64,000 bases of DNA from Lytechinus pictus (lineage: Eukaryota), in contig NC_087247.1 of assembly GCF_037042905.1 (NCBI RefSeq), forward strand, positions 63,123,097 to 63,187,096, in the 5' to 3' direction. A program made the position numbers and the translations under genes. The notes under the pieces were generated by a model that made no database searches, had not been told where the DNA came from, and was given only the letters and a program-made list of their open reading frames with translations. Shown piece after piece: positions 53,385-64,000 of this stretch (position 1 is its first letter; each line of letters starts with the position of its first letter).

Positions 53385-56300
53385 TGTGCAATGGTATATG
53401 TCCGCGTGTGAATTAGTCTAGTTCTAGACGATTTTGAGCGGATCTGTTTGCACCGCGATATATGCGTTCTGTTCCGTGCGTGCGCCCGGTGTACCGGCGG
53501 ATCCTGCGCCTGGCAGTTACTGTTCTAGGCACCAAATCCGCCGGCGGATCGTGTTCTACTCTGGCGGATTCAGTACCACTCTCTTCGGAAGATATCGTTC
53601 TTGCGCTATCGCGATATCCTTCATTCACATACGTCACGTGGTACGAGAAAACTAGTCAAAAGCGGTAGATTTCATCAATTAAAGCTTGCAGAAAAAGATA
53701 TTTATGTTATCTCTATGTGATATGAGTGAAAAAATAAAATGCGTAATCTGTAAGGGGAAAATAACGCATTTTCTTGTTACAACTCTATGGAATTACACCA
53801 CTTCTAACATTGCGAGGCCGGTGAAAGCATTTTCGAAACCCGATATATTCAGCTGTAAGCGATGACTGCATGAAACTTGCATTTCTGTTTTTAGTTTAAA
53901 TTAATAGCTTTGGATTTGTCTGATTTGTCAATTAAATTTTGGGGTCTGGTCTGGGTCTTTAAATAGTCCACACTTAGTCTTCATTCAACTGTCAATGTCT
54001 GCTGCACTACTAGTATACAAAGAATTTTCCCCCAAGATAATGCTTGTATTCAAATAACATGCATTTGTTAATTTATTTCATACCTATTAATTTATTGCAG
54101 TATGAAAAATCCTTCTTATCACAATTTTAGGGATAAATTGGGCACAATATGCATCGATTAATACAGAGTATTAAATGAAGGCAAACAATGGCAGTTTCGA
54201 TGATTAAAATCGGTATTTTGTATTAAAGGGATGGTCCGGGCTGAAAATATTCATATCTTAATACATAGAGTAGAATTCACTGAGCAAAATGCTGAAAATT
54301 TCATCAAAATCGGATAACAAATAATAAAGTTATTGAAGTTTAAAGTTTAGCAATATTTTGTGAAAACAGTCGTCATGAATATTCATTAGATGGGCTGATG
54401 ATGTCACATCTCCACTTTCCGTTTTCTTATGTTATTACATAAAATCATATTTTTTTCATTATTTCATACTTGTGTGAATAATATGTCTCTTTTATAATGA
54501 AATAAGTTGCAGCAATAAATATCTAATGCACTAAATCAATTGTCAATTCAATTTTTCTAGTTCTTAGAGGAAAAAATTTGAATAAACCTAATTTCATATG
54601 ATAAAATACAAAAGAACAAGTGGAGATGTGACATCATCAGCCCACCTAATGAATATTCATGACGACTTTTTTTACAAAATATTGCTAAACTTTAAAATTA
54701 ATTCAATAACTTTGTTATTTGTTATCCGATTTTGATGAAATTTTCGGCATTTTGCTCAGTGAATTCTACTCTATTTGTTAAGCTATAAATACTTTCAGCC
54801 CGGACCATCCCTTTAAGCTTTCTAAAGGGAAGTATAAATAATGATCACTGCAAATGAAATTCTTGATTTACGAAATTCCAATGTATTACTATTATTTCCT
54901 CCACATTTTCTCGTATATATATTTTTTTTCTCCCTCCCCTTCCTCTTTCTGTTTCTTCTTTTTGGTGCTATATTACCCACGCGTATACGCCCCAGATATA
55001 TTATTCATAATGTGCCAGAAAGGTTACGAAACTGGAAAAGATGCAAAAGGGGCGAAATGAGCAGGGATAGAAAGAAAGGCAAAACAAATAAAGAAATGAA
55101 AACCAGGAGGGGTATAGTGAGAAACAAAAGATATAAAGGAGAAATTATATTTCACTAAAGATCCCATATTGATCTTAAAATTAGATGACTGAGAGGTAAA
55201 TTAGGGAGCACCAAACGGTACGTGGCGTATCTAACTTTTGTCCGGGTGAACTTCCGGTCCCCTTTAATTAATTCAGATTCCTTAACATTGAAAAAAAAAG
55301 AATGTTTTTTTTAATTCTTTTTTTAAATACATGAAAAATTAAAAATAGGCTTACAATTAACTACATAAGAAGTTGATCGCGTTTTGACATTCTTTTTTTA
55401 TGTTTGTTAGAAATATCAAATTTATGTTTTTACCAAAAATTAGCATTCTACAAGCAATAATATTATGAGCAAACAGCAAAACATAATTATTTTCATACAT
55501 AATTTGCATCATTTATTTTGAAATATGAAGTTTTAACTTGTTGAAATTTTTCTAAACATTTGTAGTTTAAAAAACCTATAGGCCTATATGGGGTGCAAAT
55601 TTTCGCCAAACAGTCTGGCAAACTGACACTAAACATGGTGTGAAAAAGCACAGTTAAAGAGGTCGATGCATACTGCGGACTGAAAAAAGTATAAAAATTC
55701 ACAAAATAGAATGATGAAAATTTCATCAAAATCTTATAATAAATAGCATAGTTTTGGCGTATGTGCCAGGTCTATGTAATACATGAAATATCGATACATC
55801 ATTTCTCCTATTAATCCTCATCCCCATCGAGCCCTTTGTCAAAAGCTGTATGGATCCGCCCCTGAATAAGAATTCACTAAAGGCGGACGAACCCCCCCCC
55901 CCCCATTGCGATCGAGCTGCAGAGCCGCGCATGCGCGCGCTGCCGAGGTTGTCTGTCCAAATCAACATTAAACGTATAGTCAATAGAACCAAATCCGCCG
56001 AGGAACCAAATCTGCAAACATCAAGCCGCGTCAAACCCGGCGGATATGGTTCCGATTAAAAACGATATCGGCCATTTAGAACCATATCTGCCGGCGGATA
56101 CGGTATCCGCCGGTGGAACCAAATCCGCCGCTACACCGGCCGGGTGTGCGCACAGAACCGAGAACCTGTTTCCTCGGAGTACAGGTTCTCGGTTTTGCGC
56201 GCGCACTCGGCTGGGCGTGCGCGCGGAGTGGAGCGTGTGTATCGCGGTGCAAATGGATTCGTTTGGGATCGTCTAGAACTAGACTACGTGTGAATGTGAG
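53385..56300. mobile_element. DNA element with ~250-bp TIRs rich in CCGGCGGAT motifs, containing MITE-A copy 4
   Basis: 53400-53680 is roughly the reverse complement of 55990-56298 (GTGTGAATTAGTCTAGTTCTAGACGAT...TTGCACCGCGATA / TATCGCGGTGCAAATGG...ATCGTCTAGAACTAGACTACGTGTGAATG), at about 75% identity. Confidence 0.6.
54225..54817. mobile_element. Foldback MITE, family 'A', copy 4 (divergent subfamily)
   Basis: Termini TAAAGGGATGGTCCGGGCTGAAAAT ... CAGCCCGGACCATCCCTTTAAG. The internal CATCAAAATCGGATAACAAAT and AGTGGAGATGTGACATCATCAGCCCA arms are reverse complements. Confidence 0.8.
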
Positions 56301-57764
56301 TGCTTGCTGCCAGGGATGGGGGGGGGGGGGGGGGGGGAGGGGGTCTTCCTATCTCCATGGTTAGCAAAATATATGTTTGAGTAGATCCAAAAAGAAAGAA
56401 TATTTTGTTTGGGGTGTGGAAAAGGTTTTGTTTGTTTCATTTTGTTGATGTTGTGTTTTGTTTTGTTTTCGTGTGTGCTTTATATATAAAATCTTTATTC
56501 AGATTATTGTATACTTTCTAAGAATAAACATAGAGACTTTTTTTTTCTGTATTGTCTTACAAAAGTTGGAGGAATGAATATACATGTATAAGTACTTTTT
56601 TTTTATTATGGGATAACCTCTTCACTTAAAAAAGTCTGTACTTTTGATTTTTCATCATACAATACGGTATTATTATACAGTAAATACATGTGAAATTACG
56701 AGGTTTTTGTTATTGGTATTATGGGTTATGATAATATTTGTTCGAAAAATTTGTATCAAGATGTATATTATTTCATTTGTTATATTGCTGTATAAGTGTA
56801 CTTCACTTTAATTTGCATACATGTATTTGATTTATTACCCTTGTACATGAAAAATGTAAGAGTATCTGAATAAAGGCTAAAAAAGCAAGGAAAAAAAAAA
56901 TGTATGAATATAGTTTATATTCATGCTTAATGGAAGAACTTATCATGCAATAATGCTAATACTATGGGACATGATAATGATGGTGCATGTTATGATGATG
57001 CTGATGAAATAAGAGGAAAAACAACAATACTACTATTAGTAATGAAGATAATATGTACTATTGTTTCAAAATCCACGGGTGCATATATTCTACCAGATTT
57101 AAAGGGTAGACAAAAGTGTCAATAACATCTGATTTTTTTTTCTCCCCATTCATTCCTTTCTTTACGATCTACATTATTGTTTTGTAAATTCTCATTTTCT
57201 TTCTTCACATTTCAATACGAAGCTATACACTGAGCACTTTACATTTATGCCCCCTCTCTCTCTCTCTTTCTCTTCCGTCGTTCTTTCTCTATCTCTTTCT
57301 TTCCTACATGTGTTCTCATAATGCACTTTCATAATTTTACGACTCGTTAATATTCTATCAGTTTCTTATCTCTTTATTTTGTCCTTTTCTTTTCTCCTAT
57401 ATATTTCTTGATTTTGCTCTATTCCCTCAGTAACTCATTCAATTTTCGTCCACCAAACCCACGATATTGGGTGCAAGATCTTGAACAGTGGCGACAAAAC
57501 AAGCTGTGTCAACTGGCTTTGTGACGTCATGAAGAAAACCCTGATACTAGGTGTTAGATTTGACAATGAGACGACGAGTCATAAGTTGCGGTCTGCCTTA
57601 TAAGACTTATTGAAACGGTTGCATAAAGTATGTTAAAATGCTTCACCATAGAAAAGGTGAAAAGAGACGAAAAACTGCCCACTTTAATGAAGTTACATGC
57701 AAGTTTGTTATGAAGACTATGACGAAGGTGAAGATGATGATCATTCTCATTAACATTTTTCATA

Positions 57765-58255
57765 TTTGTCTCGCCTGCATAGCAGAGCGAGACTATAGGC
57801 GCCGCTTTTCCGACGTCGACGGTGGCGTCGTCAACATTGAAGTCTTTTAAGTTTTTGAAATGTCATCATAACTTAGAGAGCATATGGACCTAGTTCATGA
57901 AACTTGGACATAGGGGTAATAAAGTATTACTGAACATTCTGCCTGAGTTTCGGGTCACATGGTCAAGATCAAAGGTCAATGAACTGTGGCCATGTTGGGA
58001 GTATGTGTTGAATTGGCATGGATCTTGCTCATGAAACATGAAGTATGAATGATTGGTTGCACATGTCTTACGATGTAGGTCACATAATCATAGTCAAAGG
58101 TTATTTTGGGTCAATGGACATATTTTGTTATCATATTAGTGTTTTCGTCTGTAAATAACTATTCATTAACTGTTTTCAAAGGCAGTACTGCTGCTATATC
58201 GAATTGCGTAATGCAGGCGAGACTGCCAGAGGCGTTCCACTTGTTATTTTTCTAA
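57765..58255 (+). mobile_element. Short copy of the 175-bp-satellite TIR element (~1.5 units)
   Basis: 5' TCTCGCCTGCATAGCAGAGCGAGACTATAGGCGCCGCTTTTCCGACG, 3' GCAGTACTGCTGCTATATCGAATTGCGTAATGCAGGCGAGACTGCCAGAGGCGTTCCACTTG. The terminal inverted motif is CTCGCCTGCAT / ATGCAGGCGAG. Confidence 0.7.
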
Positions 58256-58761
58256 TTTATTATTTTTCATCACAATGAAGAACACATTTACTTGCTTTTA
58301 AAACGTCCAACCACTACTATATCAGAAGGATTTACGTTTTATGACATTGTATTAACTCAAATATTCATTTTGTGTGCCCGCATTAGAACAAAGTTAACTT
58401 TATTGATTATTAATGTAACCAAACTTCTTCTTGCAGGTATATTTCAAAGTCAATATATCACGATACCCATGTTATAAGGATCTTGTATGAAATTCGTTGC
58501 AATTGAAACATACATATTAAATATTTATTTTAAGAAACGTACCATTAAAGCGGTATTTTTTCTTAATCACTTCCTCAATCACCTACCTGAAAAACCTAGA
58601 TTATCAATTTTGAACTCGATTGTTGAGGGGATTCCAAAGGTCATTCATGCTTTACGATTTATATTGACTGTATATTAATTTGATAAGATATCTTCTCATC
58701 TTTTAGTACATTATATATATATATATATATCTCTTTAACATAATACATACATATACATATA

Positions 58762-58802
<41 letters not shown>

Positions 58803-59239
58803 CAATGTCTAATTCATATGATTTCTGGATGATTTGTTTTATTAATGTATAAATGGAAATATTTTTATACAATCTTAACTTCCTCAATGATAACTGCAAT
58901 GTTTTCAAAATGTTGCGTAATGACATAAAATTAAGTAGCAATATTATGGACAAAAAAAATTGAACAAGATTCCTCGCATGTAGATGAATAACCAATGTGG
59001 GTATTGTCAAATGCTAATGCCGATTGAAAAGATTATTTTCTATCGATATTTACTTCTTTGAATTTTAATTTGCACTTGCCATCTTCCATAGTGTAATTGA
59101 AGGTTTCATTCTTGGAATACGCCATGAGTCACACATACCGGCAAAAGGTTCGCGTTACTATAAACGTCAATATACCTCGAGGGAAAGGAAGTTTGCTCGA
59201 TATTTCTATGAAATGCATTTTTAAACAAGGCATAAGCGA

Positions 59240-59900
59240 TTTTGTGTCTCGCCCACTTATGAAAATAACCCGAAATATCGTGATTTGCGAGGGCACGCAG
59301 CAGAATTGTATCAAAACTTCATTGTGAAATGACTGGGATGGAATAACACTTGTCATAAGAGTCTTGCCCATAAACTTTAATGTTAACCTCAAAATGAACT
59401 TTGACCATTGTGACATCCGAACACAATAACATGCAGGTCTCCTAAGCACACCTACAATCCAAGTTTAATCGAAAAGTGATTTACGGTTGCAGAGTTATGT
59501 GTCATAAGAGAGTCTTGCATGTAAAATTTAACGTTGACCTGAAAATGACCTTTGACCTTACCATGTGACCTCCGATTGCAGCATGACATGCAGGTCTCCT
59601 AACTACATCTACAATCCAAGTTTGGGTGAAAAGTGACTTGCAGTTGCGGAGTTAGGTGTCAAAAGAAAGTCTTGCATGTAAACTTTAACGTTGACCTGGA
59701 AATGACCTTTTACCTTACCATGTGACCTCCGATTGCAGCATGACATGCAGGTCTCCTTACTACATCTACAATCCAAGTTTGGGTGAAAAGTGTCTTACGG
59801 TTGCGGAGTTATGTGTCATAAGGTTTCTGACGGACTGACGACATTTGGATCCCTAAGTCATGTAAGTCTCGCCTTCACCTCCGGTGGGCGAGACAAAAAG
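59240..59900 (-). mobile_element. Related satellite-bearing TIR element, opposite orientation (~120-bp unit x 4)
   Basis: The termini GTGTCTCGCCCAC at 59245 and GTGGGCGAGACA at 59880 are inverted. The units at 59330-59820 contain TGACCTTTGACCTTACCATGTGACCT, which is the reverse complement of AGGTCACATGGTAAGGTCAAAGGTCA. Confidence 0.7.
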
Positions 59901-62355
59901 TCAATGACGTCTAGTGTTTTAGTATTCATATTCATTAAAAAAAATCATAAACGATCAAACAAGTTTCAAGCAACTTACTTTTTTTGTTCAAATTAGTATT
60001 TCTACTTCCTCAATATTTAAAGAATACATTTTTATAGCGTGATTTTAAAAAGTTATTTACAGAGGGAACATAGATTGATGTATTGGTGGTGGTGATGATG
60101 ATGGAAGGACGAATGGTGGTGATCTTCGAGAATAATAATAAAAAAGATACGAAGAAATATTGTTTGAACATTACCAAGTGGGTGGGCCGGGTCGCGACTT
60201 TATATCCTTCTACTTTGAAAATAATTGCAAGATTAAAATCTTAAAACCATGATAATTGTATTAATCATTTTTGGCACATGATAATCGAGTACTTTATCTT
60301 TTTAAATCAGCAAAACAATACAAGTCTCAATCAGTAGAAAATCATCATTTCAAACAAACTGAAGGTATAAATTGATGTAGAGGTTCGAGCCCTGGTCATG
60401 TATTTCGGATGGTGATTTTTCTCTAAAGGTCGGTCCCAGACGTAAATAATCACAGCTGACTGATAAACGTCTGTAAAAAACTAAAGTACACGCACACGCA
60501 TACCGAATGTTGTAAAACAAGATGAAGATATATTTATTTAAAAAAATATAAATTGTCAGTATTTTTTATAGTTTATGCTATTAATGATATTACTAATTGT
60601 TATGATAATTAGCCTGTTGTCATGGATTCTTATTCCTATGCGAATCACATAAAGTTTGACGGACAGACGAGTGAGGAATCAATAATTGTGTGACTTTTGA
60701 GTTCTTATTTGTTATTTCTATTCCCATGATTTAACCTCATCGAGTGACAGTGTTTTTTTTTTTGTGTGTTTTTTGTTTTATTATTTTTACACCACCTAAT
60801 ATTTACGTAAAAACTGCATACATTGTCATACAATTTACAGCCAGGGAAGTGGCACTCAATAAAGATCTAATCTTAGCAATTTTGCCATTACTTCTTCGTT
60901 CTCTATACATTCCTCCTCTATTACTTGATCTTTATTCAACGATACAAAACTGTTTCACGGTCAGCAATTTTCGCCAAAAGGTTTTTTTTTTTCATTTTCA
61001 AATACCCCTACTTTGAATGATTTGCTGCAAGGATTTCACCGTATCATAACTCTTGAGGAACCATTAATCAATTACGTAATCAAAATTACTTTCGGTGAAG
61101 TCTCCCGTCGTGGGATATATAGTACTATGGTCTCATGTCAGACAAATTGCACTCTCTCGATTAGCCAGGCTTTGAAATAAACATCGCAAATAGGCATAAA
61201 TGATACTTTTGAAAATACTTGTCATTGGCTATAAAAAAATATTGCTGAATGGAGTTATGATATTGGTAATTTTATTAGGATTGTGTGCCTGCAAAACCTT
61301 TCCTTTTCTTCCTGACTCTGCATGAACATATACTGCATGACTAGGTTTTGCATAACACGTTGGATGATTTCCACCTGCTAATACACCTACACGTATCGAT
61401 CGCTTCACCAAATGCTAATACAAAGAATTACACTGCTAAGCAAATTGAGTTGGGTACCGTGGGGGGGGGGGGGGGGGGGTGAAAATTTACATTCATGGGG
61501 GTTATGACTACATTATCAAATTAGAACCCTTTAAAATGTTGAAAGTCACAAAACGAAGTGTTTCAAGTTATCAAACATATAAAATATTGTTTTTATCAAT
61601 TACCGAAGACAAACAAATATATATTCTAATTTTGATAAAGATCAACGATTATGATAATCTCTGTCATTTCGGTTGCCTTCCTCTCTCATTTCTCTTTTGT
61701 GAAGTCTATCTTTCTCTCCGACCTATCTGCCTACAGTATCTTATCCATCATAACCTCAGTTTATTTTATATTAAAATGCATGACAGTATTCTTAAAATGT
61801 TGGTACGTTTAGCGAAACAGTTGTTTTTATAAAAAACACTAGTTTTGCTCATGGAAGCAAAAGTCAATATCAACGAATAAACTACTTAAAATAAAATTAA
61901 AAAAAAAATATTGATGAGCGAATAAATAGCAATTGATTGAATTAAATTGATTGGTAATTAAACAAATCAATATCAATGAACATTAAAATAAATTAATATA
62001 AGAATATGAATAAATCATTATCACGCCTAATATAACAAGATCATAAATTGTTCTTTCTTATTGAAGTTCTGATAATACAAGAAAATGATGTTTCGCTTTG
62101 CACTGTAATCTAATACCTAAGCTCAACCTCAGCAGTCAAGTGATGATTAAAATACCAAATTGTTTGGGTTTAATAAAGGGACAAAATGGGTATTTTCATT
62201 TCATTTTCAGTGACGAAACTAATACATTATCTTCGGAGACAAACATTTATTTCCTACATTAGTTGATTCCGAACACACACTCGCCCTCGAACACACCCAC
62301 ACACACAATGTTTGAAATAATATAGACATGCGTCCTCAATGTGGATAGATATATG

Positions 62356-62891
62356 CCCGGGGGGGGGCACTCAGTATATAATGCATAGTGGGTATGTGCC
62401 GCGGAGGGGACCCCCATTTTCACACTCAAATTTTCGTTCCGAGGCATAGCATTTTTGTTTTATCGAGACAAAAAACAAAGAAAGCCGCTCCAAGGCATAG
62501 CACTTTGTTCTTATCGAGAGAAAAAAAGAAAGAAATCCGCTCCAAAGCTTCGCATATTTTTCGTTACGCCGTTCCGGTCGCATTGATCTGCTGCAATTTT
62601 GGTGAAAAGCGGCCGCCGAGCGCTGTCCGACCATCGTCTCTGCGCTAGCGCACCCAGCGGAGGCCGCGTATAGCTGCATCAGCATGCACGCATGCCCGTT
62701 CCATAGGGGTACATACGCACATACTCGCACGCTGGCGATCCGTTCCAAGGACCCCCGTTTTCACAAAATTGTAGTTCCGAAGCCCGTTCCGAGGACCCTC
62801 CTTTTTACAATAAGCCCGCTCCAAGGCCCCCGTTTTTTGTCTCGCCCGCGGCACACCCCTACCACTTTTTTGGTCGAGTGCCCCCCCCGGG
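62356..62891. mobile_element. MITE (~536 bp) with a perfect 8-bp TSD
   Basis: The TIR CCCGGGGGGGGGCACTC pairs with GAGTGCCCCCCCCGGGG. The TSD GATATATG lies at 62348-62355 and 62892-62899. The interior has CCGCTCCAAGGC subrepeats. Confidence 0.75.
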
Positions 62892-63104
62892 GATATATGT
62901 CAGTTATAGCCAAATGCTGACCAATTTTGAGGAGATCAATGCCCCTCCTTTTATCTTGGTGTCTGGTGTTGCGCTCGAGTCGCTGGTGCTGCGTGTTCAG
63001 GGCGATGGAAACTGAATTGAACTGCGCAAACTCGGAAGTGGCCTTTCCAATGACATGATTGGTCGATGAAGTAACGCCTCGGCTGAACTCCGTACACTCC
63101 CGTA

Positions 63105-63140
63105 CTCGGAGCTATAAAAACCCCCCAGTATAAATCTTTC
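63105..63140 (+). promoter_or_regulatory. Putative TATA-box core promoter (two TATAAA elements) downstream of a CpG-rich block
   Basis: GCTATAAAAACCCCCCAGTATAAATCTTTC lies about 620 bp upstream of a Kozak-context ATG at 63756. The CpG-rich block 62930-63110 precedes it. Confidence 0.4.
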
Positions 63141-63755
63141 TCCTAGTGAATGGAGCCAACTATTCTGCTACATTTACAACTAATAGAGCAAGGTGAACTA
63201 GTAAAAAATAGGAGTAGTTCAACGTCAGAGCAAATCTATGACAGACATCGACGCCGGTTGTAGCATAGTAATCAAGTGATTGAAAATTGCATCTATGTCT
63301 TCCATTTAGAAACGCTAAATCTTTGCACCGACTCTAACATTCCATATCAAATTTGATTACAAGGTCGACCACTATCTCCTTGCATCTTCTTCTTTCTTTA
63401 CTCTTCAAAGAAAGAGACGTGCATTGAAGCATCTTCAATAATTGTATATTTTGTTTCTCGAGCCATTACGATAATTGAAAGCCTGTCAGATTGCTCGGAG
63501 CAAACAGGAACTGCAACGATGAACGGGAGAAGCACTGTACAGTAATCTACAGGGTTTAGACTATCATATTTGAACATTACCTATGTGACATTGAAAAAGA
63601 ACACTGCTCTGATTCGACAAATCAAACCGAAATCAAAAGAACATATACGTTTGTTGACAGTTTACTTTTTTAAGAGGACTCTTCACAAGAGTAGATGAGG
63701 CGACAGTGATAGCAGAGTATTCTCATGTAATTCACAGTGCATATTTATCTCAACA

Positions 63756-63783
63756 ATGGATGTTGAGGAATACCGCAGAAGGG
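63756..63783 (+). CDS. Possible first coding exon of an aromatic-L-amino-acid/histidine decarboxylase-like gene (MDVEEYRRRG-)
   Basis: The context caacaATGg fits the Kozak consensus. MDVEEYRRRG resembles the N-termini of DDC (MNASEFRRRGKEMVDY) and HDC (MMEPEEYRERGREMVDY). The donor is AGGG|GTAAGT. Only 9-10 codons are visible. Confidence 0.35.
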
Positions 63784-64000
63784 GTAAGTTAACATCAATT
63801 ACCAATAATGCATTTTCAAATTTATTATTTCCTTCATTAAATAGTTACAGCTGATTCCGTTTTAATTTGCATGATCACAGAGGTTCAATGATAAACGTCT
63901 TTATCCACGATTTTCATAGAGTGGTCGGGCAGAAAATAAGAAAGCACGATCGGCTAGGAAATTTTTCGAGTTATCACGATCGGAGCGAATCCCTCAAATA

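Noticed and set aside
60744-61832. ORFs 60744-61016 and 61479-61832 in the AT-rich 3' region
   Set aside because: They are low-complexity and AT-driven, with no splice-consistent structure or recognisable motifs.

Overview
This is a eukaryotic (metazoan) window: AT-rich and transposon-dense, with a spliced gene on the + strand; it contains no prokaryotic operon structure. The main gene is an ortholog of PARP4 (vault poly(ADP-ribose) polymerase). I reconstruct 27 phase-consistent exons from about 18.1 kb to 44.7 kb. These cover a WGR-like region, the helical PARP regulatory domain, the PARP catalytic domain (with H, Y and E at the positions of the PARP1 catalytic triad), VIT, VWA and the C-terminal MVP-interaction-like region. 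Within this model is a 1.9-kb exon encoding roughly 25 tandem 11-residue 'SPVMLEARRxP' repeats. The N-terminal BRCT exons were not found in the window. The introns and flanks hold many non-autonomous DNA elements. The most notable are two nearly identical ~1.97-kb hAT-like elements with the terminal inverted repeat (TIR) CAGGGCCGTAGC, inserted in opposite orientation 10.6 kb apart, each with its own 8-bp target-site duplication (TSD). They bracket the exons for the regulatory and catalytic domains and the start of the VIT domain. Related elements carry an internal ~135-bp 'GCTCGCGCTTCGCGCTCGCAT' satellite. Other repeats include a ~590-bp foldback miniature inverted-repeat element (MITE) family with four copies, 170- to 230-bp palindromic MITEs, a 510-bp perfect foldback, and long-TIR elements. 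There are also TIR elements carrying a ~175-bp satellite whose units contain AGGTCAAAGGTCA (DR1-type) motifs. Retroelements include a 5'-truncated CR1/L2-like long interspersed element (LINE) with one in-frame stop, an older LINE endonuclease fragment split by a MITE, and a tRNA-derived short interspersed element (SINE). At the 3' edge there is a TATA-box promoter and a possible first coding exon (MDVEEYRRRG...) of an aromatic-amino-acid/histidine-decarboxylase-like gene. I found no coherent novel multi-gene system; the most interesting observations are the recently active hAT-like and satellite-bearing transposon families and their arrangement around PARP4.
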